From Thermoanaerobaculia bacterium (GTDB taxonomy: Bacteria > Acidobacteriota > Thermoanaerobaculia > Multivoradales > JAHZIX01): a stretch of 64,000 nucleotides of DNA. Below the pieces are notes generated by a model. The model saw nothing but the letters and a program-made list of their open reading frames with translations, was not told the DNA's origin and ran no database searches. A program made the position numbers and the translations under genes. The first letter of the stretch is position 1; the number at the start of each line of letters is the position of its first letter. Below, in pieces: positions 18,614-27,634 of this stretch. Location: the NCBI GenBank assembly GCA_027069135.1, contig JALXFE010000134.1:4684-68683 (forward strand). The letters run 5' to 3'.

Positions 18614-19243
18614 CTAGGTGGAAGATTTCCCCTTGCCCTCGATGGCGAGGAGGATCTGTTCCATTTCTTCCCCAGCATCTACCATCTCGATGACCGTGGA
18701 CAGAGCGGCGCGGATTTTCGGGTCGTCCCAATTGGTGGCGCCGATGAACTTCAGCTTCTCGATCTTTCGACCCCTAACAATGACGTAGGTCTCCGGCAGT
18801 TTTCGAGTGCCGTAGCGGTGCGATACCTCCCATTGGGGGTCGTAGAGGACGGAAAAGGCTCGCTGATTCCCGACGAAGGGGCGGACTTTTTCGAGCTCAT
18901 CGTCTACTGCGACCATCATGATCTGAAAGCCTGGCCGGCCTCCGAAATCAGTGGCGAGGCGCTGCAAAGCTGGGATTTCCGTGACACAGGGTGGACACCA
19001 GGTCGCCCAGAAGTGCAAGAGGACCACCGGGGTCATATGATCCCCGAGCTTGGTGGGGCGACCGGAGGCGTCGAGGAGAAATCCCGCGGGCGCCAAGCTC
19101 GTACCGTCCCCCCGGGGCCAGAAAATGGCCATGGAAGCGAGGGTCAGGACGATCAGGAATATCACCCGGGCTTGGAGACCGAGACTGCGTGAGTCGGGAT
19201 CTGCCGGAGCTGAAACGGTGTCTGCGGTCGTCGATGTAGCCAT
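18614..19243 (-). CDS. TlpA-family membrane-anchored thiol:disulfide oxidoreductase
   Basis: N-terminal TM segment, HFWATWCPPCVTEIP, LPETYVI. Confidence 0.9.
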   Translation of the reverse strand: MATSTTADTVSAPADPDSRSLGLQARVIFLIVLTLASMAIFWPRGDGTSLAPAGFLLDASGRPTKLGDHMTPVVLLHFWATWCPPCVTEIPALQRLATDFGGRPGFQIMMVAVDDELEKVRPFVGNQRAFSVLYDPQWEVSHRYGTRKLPETYVIVRGRKIEKLKFIGATNWDDPKIRAALSTVIEMVDAGEEMEQILLAIEGKGKSST

Positions 19244-19330
19244 GGATTCAGGCCTCGAAGAAGTGACTCTAACTGCGGAATATATCGGCTGAGGTCCCAA
19301 ATGCCTCGCTACGCCTAGGAGCGATCAAGA

Positions 19331-20449
19331 TTGTATACCCCCAGTCCCGAGAAAGGTGCTTCGCAAGCCCGAGGAGCCTGCATCGTGGGGCTCGACCTCC
19401 GAGGACAGCCGCCGGGCGAAGCGGAGGAGCATCTAGAAGAGCTGGCCGAGTTGGTGGACAGCTGTAATGGCCGGGTGCTCAGCCGGGTGATCCAGCGTCG
19501 CCAAAGGCCGGATCCACGAACCTTCATCGGCCGAGGCAAAGCTCGGGAGATCGGCGAGACGGCCAAGGCGGAAGGTGCTGAGCTGGTGATCTTCGACGAT
19601 GATCTTTCCCCGAGTCAGGTCAAGAATTTGGAGAAAATCATGGATCTGGCGGTCCTGGATCGCAGCTCCCTGATCCTCGAGATCTTCGAACGGCGAGCTC
19701 GGAGCCGAGAGGCCCGAACCCAGGTAGAGCTCGCCCGGCTGCGATACACCCTCCCCCGGCTGACCCGGATGTGGACCCATCTCTCCCGTCAGGTTGGAGG
19801 CATCGGCGTCCGTGGCGGCGCCGGTGAGTCCCAGCTGGAGGCGGATCGCCGAATCCTGCGCCAACGGATCAAGAAGCTCGAGAAAGATCTCGTCAAGATC
19901 GAGCGCACGCGGACCGTCCAACGCCAGCGGCGGGGCCGGCTCCCGGTCGTCGCTCTGGCGGGGTACACCAACGCCGGGAAAACGACCCTATTCCAGCGTC
20001 TCTCCGGCGCGCCGGTAAAGGGGGAGAATCGCCTTTTCGCGACCCTCGACGCCCGCCTGCGACGGGGAGCCGTGGCACCGCGGAAGATTGCCGTCTTCGG
20101 CGACACCGTCGGTTTCATCCGCAAGCTGCCTCACCATCTGGTGTCGTCCTTTCGGAGCACGTTAGAGGAGATCGCCCAGGCAGATCTGGTGCTCCACGTC
20201 GTTGACCGTTCCCACGAAGCCTGGGCCGAGCAGCTTCGGTTGGCCGAAGAAGTGCTCCAGGATCTAGGGGTCGAGCCGGATCGGATCCTGACGGTCTTCA
20301 ACAAGATAGATCTCTTACCCCGCCACATCACGACCCCGGAACCTGGAACCCTGGAAGTCTCCGCCACCACCGACCAGGGCCTCGAGCACCTCCGGGCAAC
20401 CCTCGTCGAGCGTCTCTTTCCCGCCGACGATTCCCCCGTTGACACCTGA
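19331..20449 (+). CDS. hflX: Ribosome rescue GTPase HflX
   Basis: FIGRGK, QVELARLRY, GYTNAGKTTL, LFATLD, DTVGFI, NKID. Confidence 0.96.
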   Translation: MYTPSPEKGASQARGACIVGLDLRGQPPGEAEEHLEELAELVDSCNGRVLSRVIQRRQRPDPRTFIGRGKAREIGETAKAEGAELVIFDDDLSPSQVKNLEKIMDLAVLDRSSLILEIFERRARSREARTQVELARLRYTLPRLTRMWTHLSRQVGGIGVRGGAGESQLEADRRILRQRIKKLEKDLVKIERTRTVQRQRRGRLPVVALAGYTNAGKTTLFQRLSGAPVKGENRLFATLDARLRRGAVAPRKIAVFGDTVGFIRKLPHHLVSSFRSTLEEIAQADLVLHVVDRSHEAWAEQLRLAEEVLQDLGVEPDRILTVFNKIDLLPRHITTPEPGTLEVSATTDQGLEHLRATLVERLFPADDSPVDT

Positions 20450-20467
20450 CCCCCCTCCCGCTACAAT
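20439..20467 (+). promoter_or_regulatory. Sigma-70 promoter of tRNA-Ala
   Basis: TTGACA (20439-44), 17-nt spacer, TACAAT (20462-67), 19 nt upstream of the tRNA. Confidence 0.85.
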
Positions 20468-20486
20468 CCGCCGACCCGACCGACGT

Positions 20487-20562
<76 letters not shown>

Positions 20563-20592
20563 TTTCAAAGCATTTAGGCAGTTGAAGATAGG

Positions 20593-20621
20593 GCCGCTCG
20601 CAGGAGCGGCTTTCTGCGTTT
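20593..20621 (+). terminator. Probable intrinsic terminator after the tRNA
   Basis: GCCGCTC-GCAG-GAGCGGC hairpin followed by TTTCTGCGTTT. Confidence 0.65.
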
Positions 20622-20646
20622 CAGCAGCAGAGAGTGACCTTCCTTC

Positions 20647-20706
20647 GACAGCGGCGCCTTCGAGATCTTGCTCGGGCGCCGCCGTCAGTCGAACACGCCG
20701 ACTCAT
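20647..20706 (-). pseudogene. Truncated RelE/ParE-type toxin remnant
   Basis: ATG overlaps the antitoxin stop (ATGA). MSRRVRLTAAPEQDLEGAAV resembles a ParE N-terminus, then the frame loses similarity and runs into the terminator and tRNA antisense. Confidence 0.55.
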
Positions 20707-20939
20707 TTGGCGTCTGGCCAGATCCTCTTCTCGACCACTTCCCACGCCGTTCCCTCTTCCGGGTTCTTCTCTAGCTCCGCCATTCGCTCGTCGAGCAAGT
20801 CCTTCTGCCATGGCGGCAGGGAGATGGCCTCGGGGTAGGCGTTGGGATCCTCTACGCTCGCCCATAGATCTTCGGCGAGGGCAAGACGTTCTGCCTCTGG
20901 CAGTTCGAGAGCCTGACTCTTGACTTCGGTCTTGGTCAT
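20703..20939 (-). CDS. Putative addiction-module antitoxin (TIGR02574-like)
   Basis: ALELPEAERLALAEDLWASV...WQKDLLDERMAE...WEVVEKRI is typical of this family. Confidence 0.85.
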   Translation of the reverse strand: MTKTEVKSQALELPEAERLALAEDLWASVEDPNAYPEAISLPPWQKDLLDERMAELEKNPEEGTAWEVVEKRIWPDAK

Positions 20940-21612
20940 ACGTCCAGTGTAGGGCAGCCCGAAGATTTCGGTAGAACCAGATCACCTTGCGCACTCCGGT
21001 CTTGGTGATGTCGCCTCCGGTCTTCTTGGCCATAGAGACGCAGAGCGGCAACTTGGCCGTTGCATCTTTAGGTCTTGATATCCCTCGGCAACGCTCCCCA
21101 GGCCATGAGCGAGCGCCCACAAACACAGCGAACCCTAACAGCCCGTGGCAAAAGTCGAACCGCGCTCCGAGCGGTTCTATTCGGCCGAATCTGCGTTGTC
21201 AAACCTCGATGATTCTAAGAATCATCTGCGGTTTTCCGCCTTGATTCGGCTCGAATACTCCTCGCTCTCGCTAGCGCCTGACTTCTGCCACGGGCTGCTA
21301 AGGCTCATCGCGGGCTACTGGAAGAGCCTCGGCTGCTCGGCAGCCGGCTTCTTGAGGATGTTCAGATTCTTGGCGATGGGATGCTGGAGGGTGGCGGGGC
21401 TGGCGAGCTTCGAGAGCCGCAAAAGCACCAATGTAGCAGCGAAATCGGTCCTGTATTTCAGTATTCTTTGGGGGTGTCTGGCGTGTGATCCGCTGTGTCC
21501 TGGGGCGAATCGAGACTTGTCTAGCTTCCGGAGCAAGCGTAAGCTCGACCCCACGGTTGTAGCGGTCGGCTGCGGTTCTGCTCCTGGAAAAGTAGCCGGT
21601 TTGGAGGTTCCG

Positions 21613-21849
21613 ATGACAATTCTGGAAGCGCGAATGGTTGATCCCACCCACCTTGAGCTAGCTGAGCCTGTAGATCTGCCTGCTGGACGAAGGCTGGTCG
21701 TTTCGGTCGTAGAAGTCGATGACGGGCCCTGTGAGCGCCGGCAATGGTTGGGCGCTTCCGAGGCAACGCTTCAAACCGCGTACTGCGACTCCGAACCTGA
21801 TTACCCTCTCGATCTCCTCAAGGAACCCAATCCAGAGTATGAGCGATGA
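21613..21849 (+). CDS. Putative antitoxin (AF2212/DUF104-like N-terminus, acidic C-terminus)
   Basis: GGAGG RBS, LELAEPVDLPAGRRLVVSVV, acidic tail AYCDSEPDY. Stop overlaps the toxin ATG. Confidence 0.7.
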   Translation: MTILEARMVDPTHLELAEPVDLPAGRRLVVSVVEVDDGPCERRQWLGASEATLQTAYCDSEPDYPLDLLKEPNPEYER

Positions 21850-22196
21850 GGGAAGGCGATGTGATCTTGACGCCGCTGCCTCAAGTAGACGGCAAGGTCA
21901 AGGCCCGACCCGCTCTTCTCCTGCGCCACCTTCCACCCTTCGGTGACTTCCTGGTCTGCGGAATCACGACTCAAATCAACCGGGCTGTGGCTGGGTTCGA
22001 CGAGGTCATCCGTCCTGGGGATTCCGATTACGGGTCCTCGGGTCTGGTCGCGGAGTCGGTATTCCGCCTGGGGTTTCTCGCGGTTCTCCCTCGTTCCAGG
22101 ATCGCAGGTAGCATCGGTTCCGTAAGCATGGAGCGGCACGAGAATCTGCTCGTTCGATTGAGCCGCCATCTGCTCGAGAACGTCAAGAGGCCTTGA
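21846..22196 (+). CDS. PemK/MazF-family type II toxin
   Basis: MREGDVILTPLPQVDGKVKARPALLL, LVCGITTQ, SGLVAESVFR, IGSVS. Confidence 0.88.
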   Translation: MREGDVILTPLPQVDGKVKARPALLLRHLPPFGDFLVCGITTQINRAVAGFDEVIRPGDSDYGSSGLVAESVFRLGFLAVLPRSRIAGSIGSVSMERHENLLVRLSRHLLENVKRP

Positions 22197-22348
22197 TCGA
22201 GTCTTGGGCGCCTATTCCGGCGAAAGCGATCACCAGTTCCGGCGCAAAGCGGTGACTTCTGGCAATCTGAACTGAGGTCGGCACGCCCCTTACCTTCGGC
22301 CCGCGTGCTAGGATCTTTACGATTCCAGTCATCGAGGGGGGTATTCGT

Positions 22349-23920
22349 ATGGGGCGAGGCGCGAAGCGTTGGCTGCCGGGTACAGCGTGTAGTCTGAAGA
22401 TTTGGTGCACCGTGGCCTTGGGCCTCGTTCACCCGCTGGAGGTGCGGGCCGGCGGCGGGACACCGTTCGTCGATATGACGGTCGCTTCCGGCATCACCGC
22501 AGTTCATCAGGCTAGGTACTTGGTTACCGGGCAGGCCTGGGGTGACTATGATCGCGACGGTTTCCCGGATCTCTACGTTACCGATGGCGGCGGCCCCAAC
22601 ACTCTCTACCGCAATAATGGCGATGGGACGTTTTCGGTGTCACCTTTCTCAGTCACCGTCGCGCTGCCGACCTTGGAGAGCGGGGGGGCGGTGTTCGCCG
22701 ACTACAACAACGATGGCTGGCCGGATTTGTACGTCCTCAACCGTGGCGCCAATGCGCTGTACCGCAACGATGGGGGGCAGGGGTTCACCAACGTCGCTGC
22801 CGCTGCCGGAGTAGGGGATATGGGCCAAGGGGAGTCTGCCACCTGGGGGGATTACAACCGGGACGGTTGGGCGGATCTCTATGTGGTGAATTGGTATAAC
22901 AACGACGACGAAAGCTCACCCTTCTCCCGCGATACCTTCTACAAGAACAATGGGGACGGAACGTTCACGGACGTTTCCGGGCTCTTGGATCCCACCCGAA
23001 TGGAAGGGCCGGGATATGCGGCGACCTTCGTCGACTACGACAACGACGCCGACCAGGACCTCTACGTGGTCATCGACAAGAATTGGGGCAACCTCTTGTT
23101 CCGCAACGACGGCCCCGGCTGTGGCGGCTGGTGCTTTACGGATGTGTCTTTGGCCACCGGTGCTCACCGGCCCGTTTGGGGCATGGGAATTTCCACTGGG
23201 GATTATGACCTCGATGGCGATTTGGACTTCTATTTCTCGAGCATTGGGGAGCAGGTTCTCCTCCAGAACCAGACGGCCCAGGGAAATCCGGTTTTTGTTG
23301 AAGTAACGCTTGCCGCCGGGGTTGGACCGGATGCCATCGGCTGGGGCTCGGTTTTCTTTGACTATGACCGCGACGGCTGGCTGGACCTTTATCTTTCGGC
23401 GGCTCTGTCTCCCAACTTTCTCTTTCGGAACCGGGGCGATGGGACCTTCGAGGAGATCGTGGCGGGTAGCGGAGCAGACCATGCCGGGTTTTCCATCGGA
23501 GTGGCCAAGGCGGACTACGATGCCGATGGCCGGCAAGATCTGGTGGTGGGCAACTATGATCTCGGTTATTCCCTTTATCGCAACAACCTAGCGAACGATC
23601 ACGGTTGGCTCAGCATTCACCTCGAGGGTCGTGGGCCGGTCACCCGAGACGCTCTCGGGACGCGGGTGGTGATCCTCTTGAGCGATGGTCGGATTTTCAC
23701 GGAAGAGGTGACCAGCGATTCGAGCCTGGGTGCGGGTAACGAGTTGGCGTTGTTTTTTGGGTTCGGCGTCGCGACGCCGGTTTCCGCCTTGATTTTCTGG
23801 CCCGACGGCACCACGGAACAGCTGGACTCCGTGCCCATGAACACCCGATGGCATCATCTATATCCCATCCTTTTCGCCGACGGTTTCGAGAGCGGCGACA
23901 CCTCAGCCTGGAGCGGTTGA
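22349..23920 (+). CDS. CRTAC1-family secreted protein (FG-GAP/VCBS repeats + ASPIC/UnbV), copy 1
   Basis: Repeated DYxxDGxxDLYV and LYRNxGDGTF, DALGTRV...LFFGFG...IFWPDG ASPIC/UnbV domain, tail LFADGFESGDTSAWSG. Confidence 0.9.
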   Translation: MGRGAKRWLPGTACSLKIWCTVALGLVHPLEVRAGGGTPFVDMTVASGITAVHQARYLVTGQAWGDYDRDGFPDLYVTDGGGPNTLYRNNGDGTFSVSPFSVTVALPTLESGGAVFADYNNDGWPDLYVLNRGANALYRNDGGQGFTNVAAAAGVGDMGQGESATWGDYNRDGWADLYVVNWYNNDDESSPFSRDTFYKNNGDGTFTDVSGLLDPTRMEGPGYAATFVDYDNDADQDLYVVIDKNWGNLLFRNDGPGCGGWCFTDVSLATGAHRPVWGMGISTGDYDLDGDLDFYFSSIGEQVLLQNQTAQGNPVFVEVTLAAGVGPDAIGWGSVFFDYDRDGWLDLYLSAALSPNFLFRNRGDGTFEEIVAGSGADHAGFSIGVAKADYDADGRQDLVVGNYDLGYSLYRNNLANDHGWLSIHLEGRGPVTRDALGTRVVILLSDGRIFTEEVTSDSSLGAGNELALFFGFGVATPVSALIFWPDGTTEQLDSVPMNTRWHHLYPILFADGFESGDTSAWSG

Positions 23921-23951
23921 GTCGCGAGAGTCTTTAGTTGAAGGAGTCGGA

Positions 23952-25523
23952 ATGCACAAGGATTTATGGGTCTTGGGGCTTTACCCGTGCCGTGTGGGGT
24001 CGTCCCTACTCGGCTTAGCAATTCTCCTAGGGCCTTGGCAATCGGCGCATGCCGGCGCGGGAGCACCGTTTTCTGATGTGACGGCTTCAGCAGGTATTTC
24101 GGCGCAGCATCACATCCGCTACCTCGTGACCGGTCAGGCTTGGGGAGACTACGACGGCGATGGCTTTCCGGACCTCTACGTCACCGATAGCGCTGGGCCG
24201 AACACCCTGTACCGCAATGATGGAGACGGGACGTTCTCCGTCTCGCCCTATTCGGCGGCGGTCGCACTTTTGGGGGTCGAAAGCGGCGGCGCGGTCTTCG
24301 GCGACTACAACAACGACGGCTTCAAGGATCTTTACGTCCTGAACCGCGGAGCCAACACCCTCTACCGCAATGACGGTGGCCAGGGATTCACGGACGTCAC
24401 GGCGTCTGCGGGGGTGGGGGACGGCGGTCAAGGGGAGTCCGCTACCTGGGGGGATTACAACTCCGACGGTCATCCGGATCTCTACGTGGTCAATTGGTAT
24501 TACTTCGAGGACGAAGAGTCACCTTTGTCCCGAGATACCCTGTACCGCAACAATGGAGACGGAACCTTCTCCGATGTTTCTTCTCTGTTGGATATCGGCC
24601 GCCTCATAGGGCCCGGTTTTGCCGCCACGTTCATGGACTATGACAACGACGGCGACCAAGATCTTTACGTCGTCATCGACAAGCGGTGGGGAAATCTGCT
24701 CTATCGCAACGATGGTCCGGGCTGTACGGGTTGGTGCTTTACCGATGTTTCCGTGGCCACCGGGGCGGATCGTCCGATCTGTGGCATGGGGATCAGCACC
24801 GGAGATTATGACAACGACGGCGACCTCGACTTCTACTTTTCCGGCAATTGGGAGCAGGTTCTCCTTCAGAACCAGACGGCCCAGGGCAGTGCAAGCTTTG
24901 TGGAGGTTTCGGTGGCGGCGGGCGTGACCCCGAGCGTCGTCGGTTGGGGTTCAGTCTTTTTCGACTACGATCAGGATGGGTGGCTGGACCTCTATCTCTC
25001 TGCAGCCCTCTACCCGAACCATCTCTTCCGGAATCGAGGTGACGGCACCTTCGAGACGATCGTGGCCGGCAGCGGCGCCGATCACGAGGGATTTTCTATG
25101 GGAGTGGCCCAGGCGGACTACGATCGGGATGGTCGCCCCGATCTCTTGGTCGGCAACCATGGCCTCGGCTATTCGCTCTACCGGAACAACGGGGGGAGTA
25201 GCAATCATTGGATGAGCCTGCGTCTCGAAGGCCGGGGGTCGGTGACCCGGGACGCCCTGGGCACCCGTGTATTGATGATCCTAGATGATGGCCGGGTGCT
25301 CACCCAGGAAGTCAAGAGCGATTCGAGCCTTGGAGCTGGCAACGACTTGACTCTGTTCTTCGGCTTTGGCGCGGCGACACCGGTAGCCGCGATGATCGTC
25401 TGGCCGGATGGGACCGTCGAGTACCAGACTTCGCTGACCCTCGACGGTCACTGGGATCACATCTACCCGATTCTCTTCGCCGATGGCTTCGAAAGCGGCG
25501 ATACCTCCGCCTGGAGCGGCTGA
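23952..25523 (+). CDS. CRTAC1-family secreted protein (FG-GAP/VCBS repeats + ASPIC/UnbV), copy 2
   Basis: Co-linear paralog of the preceding ORF, same length (523 aa) and same C-terminal tail. Confidence 0.9.
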   Translation: MHKDLWVLGLYPCRVGSSLLGLAILLGPWQSAHAGAGAPFSDVTASAGISAQHHIRYLVTGQAWGDYDGDGFPDLYVTDSAGPNTLYRNDGDGTFSVSPYSAAVALLGVESGGAVFGDYNNDGFKDLYVLNRGANTLYRNDGGQGFTDVTASAGVGDGGQGESATWGDYNSDGHPDLYVVNWYYFEDEESPLSRDTLYRNNGDGTFSDVSSLLDIGRLIGPGFAATFMDYDNDGDQDLYVVIDKRWGNLLYRNDGPGCTGWCFTDVSVATGADRPICGMGISTGDYDNDGDLDFYFSGNWEQVLLQNQTAQGSASFVEVSVAAGVTPSVVGWGSVFFDYDQDGWLDLYLSAALYPNHLFRNRGDGTFETIVAGSGADHEGFSMGVAQADYDRDGRPDLLVGNHGLGYSLYRNNGGSSNHWMSLRLEGRGSVTRDALGTRVLMILDDGRVLTQEVKSDSSLGAGNDLTLFFGFGAATPVAAMIVWPDGTVEYQTSLTLDGHWDHIYPILFADGFESGDTSAWSG

Positions 25524-25564
25524 GGCTGGCAGAACCCTCCCGGGGGTCGCGGGCCGGTTCCGAA

Positions 25565-26053
25565 TCAGTCTCGATCGATGCGGGCGAGGACTTCCCGGAG
25601 GACGGCGGGAGAGATTCTAAAGTCTGAGCGGATGAGTCTGGCGAAGATATCTCGTGCGGAGTCGATGAGGCCTCTCGTCTGGGCCATGCCGATGAGGGCT
25701 GCCGTGCCCGTGACCTCGAGGTCCAGAGATCTCGCCTCTCTTCTTGCGAGCCGGTCGTCCATCAGAATCAGGGAGGCCCCGGAGGAGTGTTTCGCAGCCT
25801 GTAGAGTGCTCCACTCGCCGGGTCCCAGGTGAGGTGGCGTAGGTTCGTTTGCAGATGTGCTCGGCCTCGTCGCAAGCCAGCCCGAAGCCAGGGCCTCTCG
25901 AATCTCCGACTCTGGACCATCGGAGGCCTTCAGCTCTTGCAGCACCGTCGGCGTGATCTCGACTCGATGAAAGAAAACCTCCAGCCAGAAAACCCCACCG
26001 ATCCGGCTGAGGCCGATCAGGGGGCTCGTGTCTGCTAAGACGAGGCGAGCCAC
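25565..26053 (-). CDS. PIN-domain protein (DUF3368 family), putative toxin
   Basis: LADTSPLI, LGPGEWSTL, LMDDRLARREA, TGTAALI, FRISP. Confidence 0.85.
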   Translation of the reverse strand: MARLVLADTSPLIGLSRIGGVFWLEVFFHRVEITPTVLQELKASDGPESEIREALASGWLATRPSTSANEPTPPHLGPGEWSTLQAAKHSSGASLILMDDRLARREARSLDLEVTGTAALIGMAQTRGLIDSARDIFARLIRSDFRISPAVLREVLARIDRD

Positions 26054-26379
26054 GCGTCCAGGGAATCCAGGTCTTGTCGGGTCTCTTCCGCAGTACCGTT
26101 GGCGATGGAGAGACCGAGGCGGGATAGGTGACGGATCAGCTGCGGGACGGGAACGGAAGCCACCCGCGCGGCCCGACCCAAGGAAAGTGAGCCGGCCTTG
26201 AATAAGGCGACGGCCAGGGCAAGCTTCACGTCGGCCCCATCGGGCGAATCTTGTAGTTGCAGGTGGAGCAGAAGGGCCTCCGGAAGATCACCCTTCAAGA
26301 CGAGCACAGGTCCGTCCACCGCGCTTCGCAGCGCTTCCGAGGGATTGTTTTTTAGCTGGCGCACATTGAAACAGCGCAT
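26035..26379 (-). CDS. Putative antitoxin: Phd-like N-terminus fused to UPF0175 domain
   Basis: FNVRQLKNNPSEALR...PVLVLK (Phd-like) and LAVALFKAGSLSLGRAARVA (UPF0175). Overlaps the PIN gene. Confidence 0.8.
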   Translation of the reverse strand: MRCFNVRQLKNNPSEALRSAVDGPVLVLKGDLPEALLLHLQLQDSPDGADVKLALAVALFKAGSLSLGRAARVASVPVPQLIRHLSRLGLSIANGTAEETRQDLDSLDAWLASS

Positions 26380-26443
26380 AGGAACCTCCTGTAGGAACGT
26401 ACCGCGGGAACTGGAGGTCTGTCAACGTGTGAGCGTGCGCGTT

Positions 26444-27634
26444 TTACCGATACGATTTCAGGATTCGGCGTGCCAGGGAGAGCTTGTGGACCTCGTCCGG
26501 GCCGTCGTAAATGCGGGCGGCGCGTTCGTGGCGATAGAACCAGGCGATGGGGGTGTCGTCGATCATGCCGAGACCGCCATGGACCTGGAGCGCTCGATCG
26601 AGAACCCGAAGCATGGTGTTGGCGACCAGGAATTTGATCTCTGAGATAGCTTCCCGGGCTTCCTTCCAGCCGTGTCTCTCGATGGTCCAGGCGGTGTGGA
26701 GAGTCAGCATGCGGGCCGCGTCGATCTCCGCCTTGGACTCTGCGATCCAGGCCTGGAGGATCTCTTTGTCAGAGAGGGTGTGGGTTGGGGAAGCCGCTCT
26801 TTCGACGACGCGCCGACACATGAGGTCGAAGGCCCGGCGACAGATTCCCAGCCAGCGCATGCAATGGTGAATGCGACCGGGTCCCAAACGCTGCTGGGCG
26901 ATGACGAAGCCTTGGCCTTCCGGGCCTAAGAGGTTGCCCCGGGGGACGCGGCAGTCCTCGTAGGCGATCTCCCCGTGGGAGAAGAAGCCCTCGCCGGACT
27001 CTCCCATGACCTGGAGATTGCGAACGAGGCGAAATCCCGGGGTATCTGTGGGCACCAAAATCATGCTGGCCCGGCGATGGGGAGCTTCGTCGGGATGGGT
27101 CACGGCCATGACGATGGCGACGGCAGCCCCGTCGGCGGCGGTGGTATACCACTTGCGCCCGTTGATGACGTAGTCTTCACCTTCGAGGACGGCGGTGGTC
27201 TCCATCATGACCGGATTGGATCCGGGCATGCCCGGCTCGGTCATGGAGAAACAGCTGCGGATCTCTCCAGCAATCAGCCGATGGAGCCAGCGTGCCTTCT
27301 GCTCGGCGGTGCCATATTGGTGCAGGACCTCGATGTTTCCGGCGTCCGGTGCCTGACTCCCGAAGACAAAGTGCCCCAGGGGAGAGGCGCCCAACACTTC
27401 CGACACCAAGCCCAGGTCTACGAGGCCGAGCCCCATTCCTCCAAGGTCTTTGGGATGGCCCGGGGCCCAAAGACCGAGCTCCTTGACCTCGGCACGCTTT
27501 TTCTCCAAATCTGGGAGGATGCTGTGGAATCCCTCGTAAAGGAAGGCAGCCTCCAGCGGGTACACTTCGTCTTCGACGAACCGCCGCATCTTGGTGAGGG
27601 TGGCTTGGATTTCTGGAGATAGCTCGAAATTCAT
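26444..27634 (-). CDS. Acyl-CoA dehydrogenase (ACAD10/11, FadE2/LvaC-like subfamily)
   Basis: APDAGNIEVL, RSCFSMTEP, NGRKWY, AQQRLGPGRIHHCMR, RIYDGPDEVH. Confidence 0.92.
   Translation of the reverse strand: MNFELSPEIQATLTKMRRFVEDEVYPLEAAFLYEGFHSILPDLEKKRAEVKELGLWAPGHPKDLGGMGLGLVDLGLVSEVLGASPLGHFVFGSQAPDAGNIEVLHQYGTAEQKARWLHRLIAGEIRSCFSMTEPGMPGSNPVMMETTAVLEGEDYVINGRKWYTTAADGAAVAIVMAVTHPDEAPHRRASMILVPTDTPGFRLVRNLQVMGESGEGFFSHGEIAYEDCRVPRGNLLGPEGQGFVIAQQRLGPGRIHHCMRWLGICRRAFDLMCRRVVERAASPTHTLSDKEILQAWIAESKAEIDAARMLTLHTAWTIERHGWKEAREAISEIKFLVANTMLRVLDRALQVHGGLGMIDDTPIAWFYRHERAARIYDGPDEVHKLSLARRILKSYR

Noticed and set aside
20945-21126. Minus-strand stretch reading ...KLPLCVSMAKKTGGDITKTGVRKVIWFYRNLRAAL, possibly a gene fragment
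   Set aside because: Protein-like, but I cannot assign a family or boundaries
21145-21612. N-terminal extension of ORF 21145-21849
   Set aside because: The good RBS and family-like sequence begin only at ATG 21613; the upstream part looks non-coding
22500-25200. Recurring GACTAC/GACGGC-type nucleotide repeats as a possible CRISPR or tandem array
   Set aside because: They are in-frame FG-GAP protein repeats, with no constant repeat-spacer periodicity
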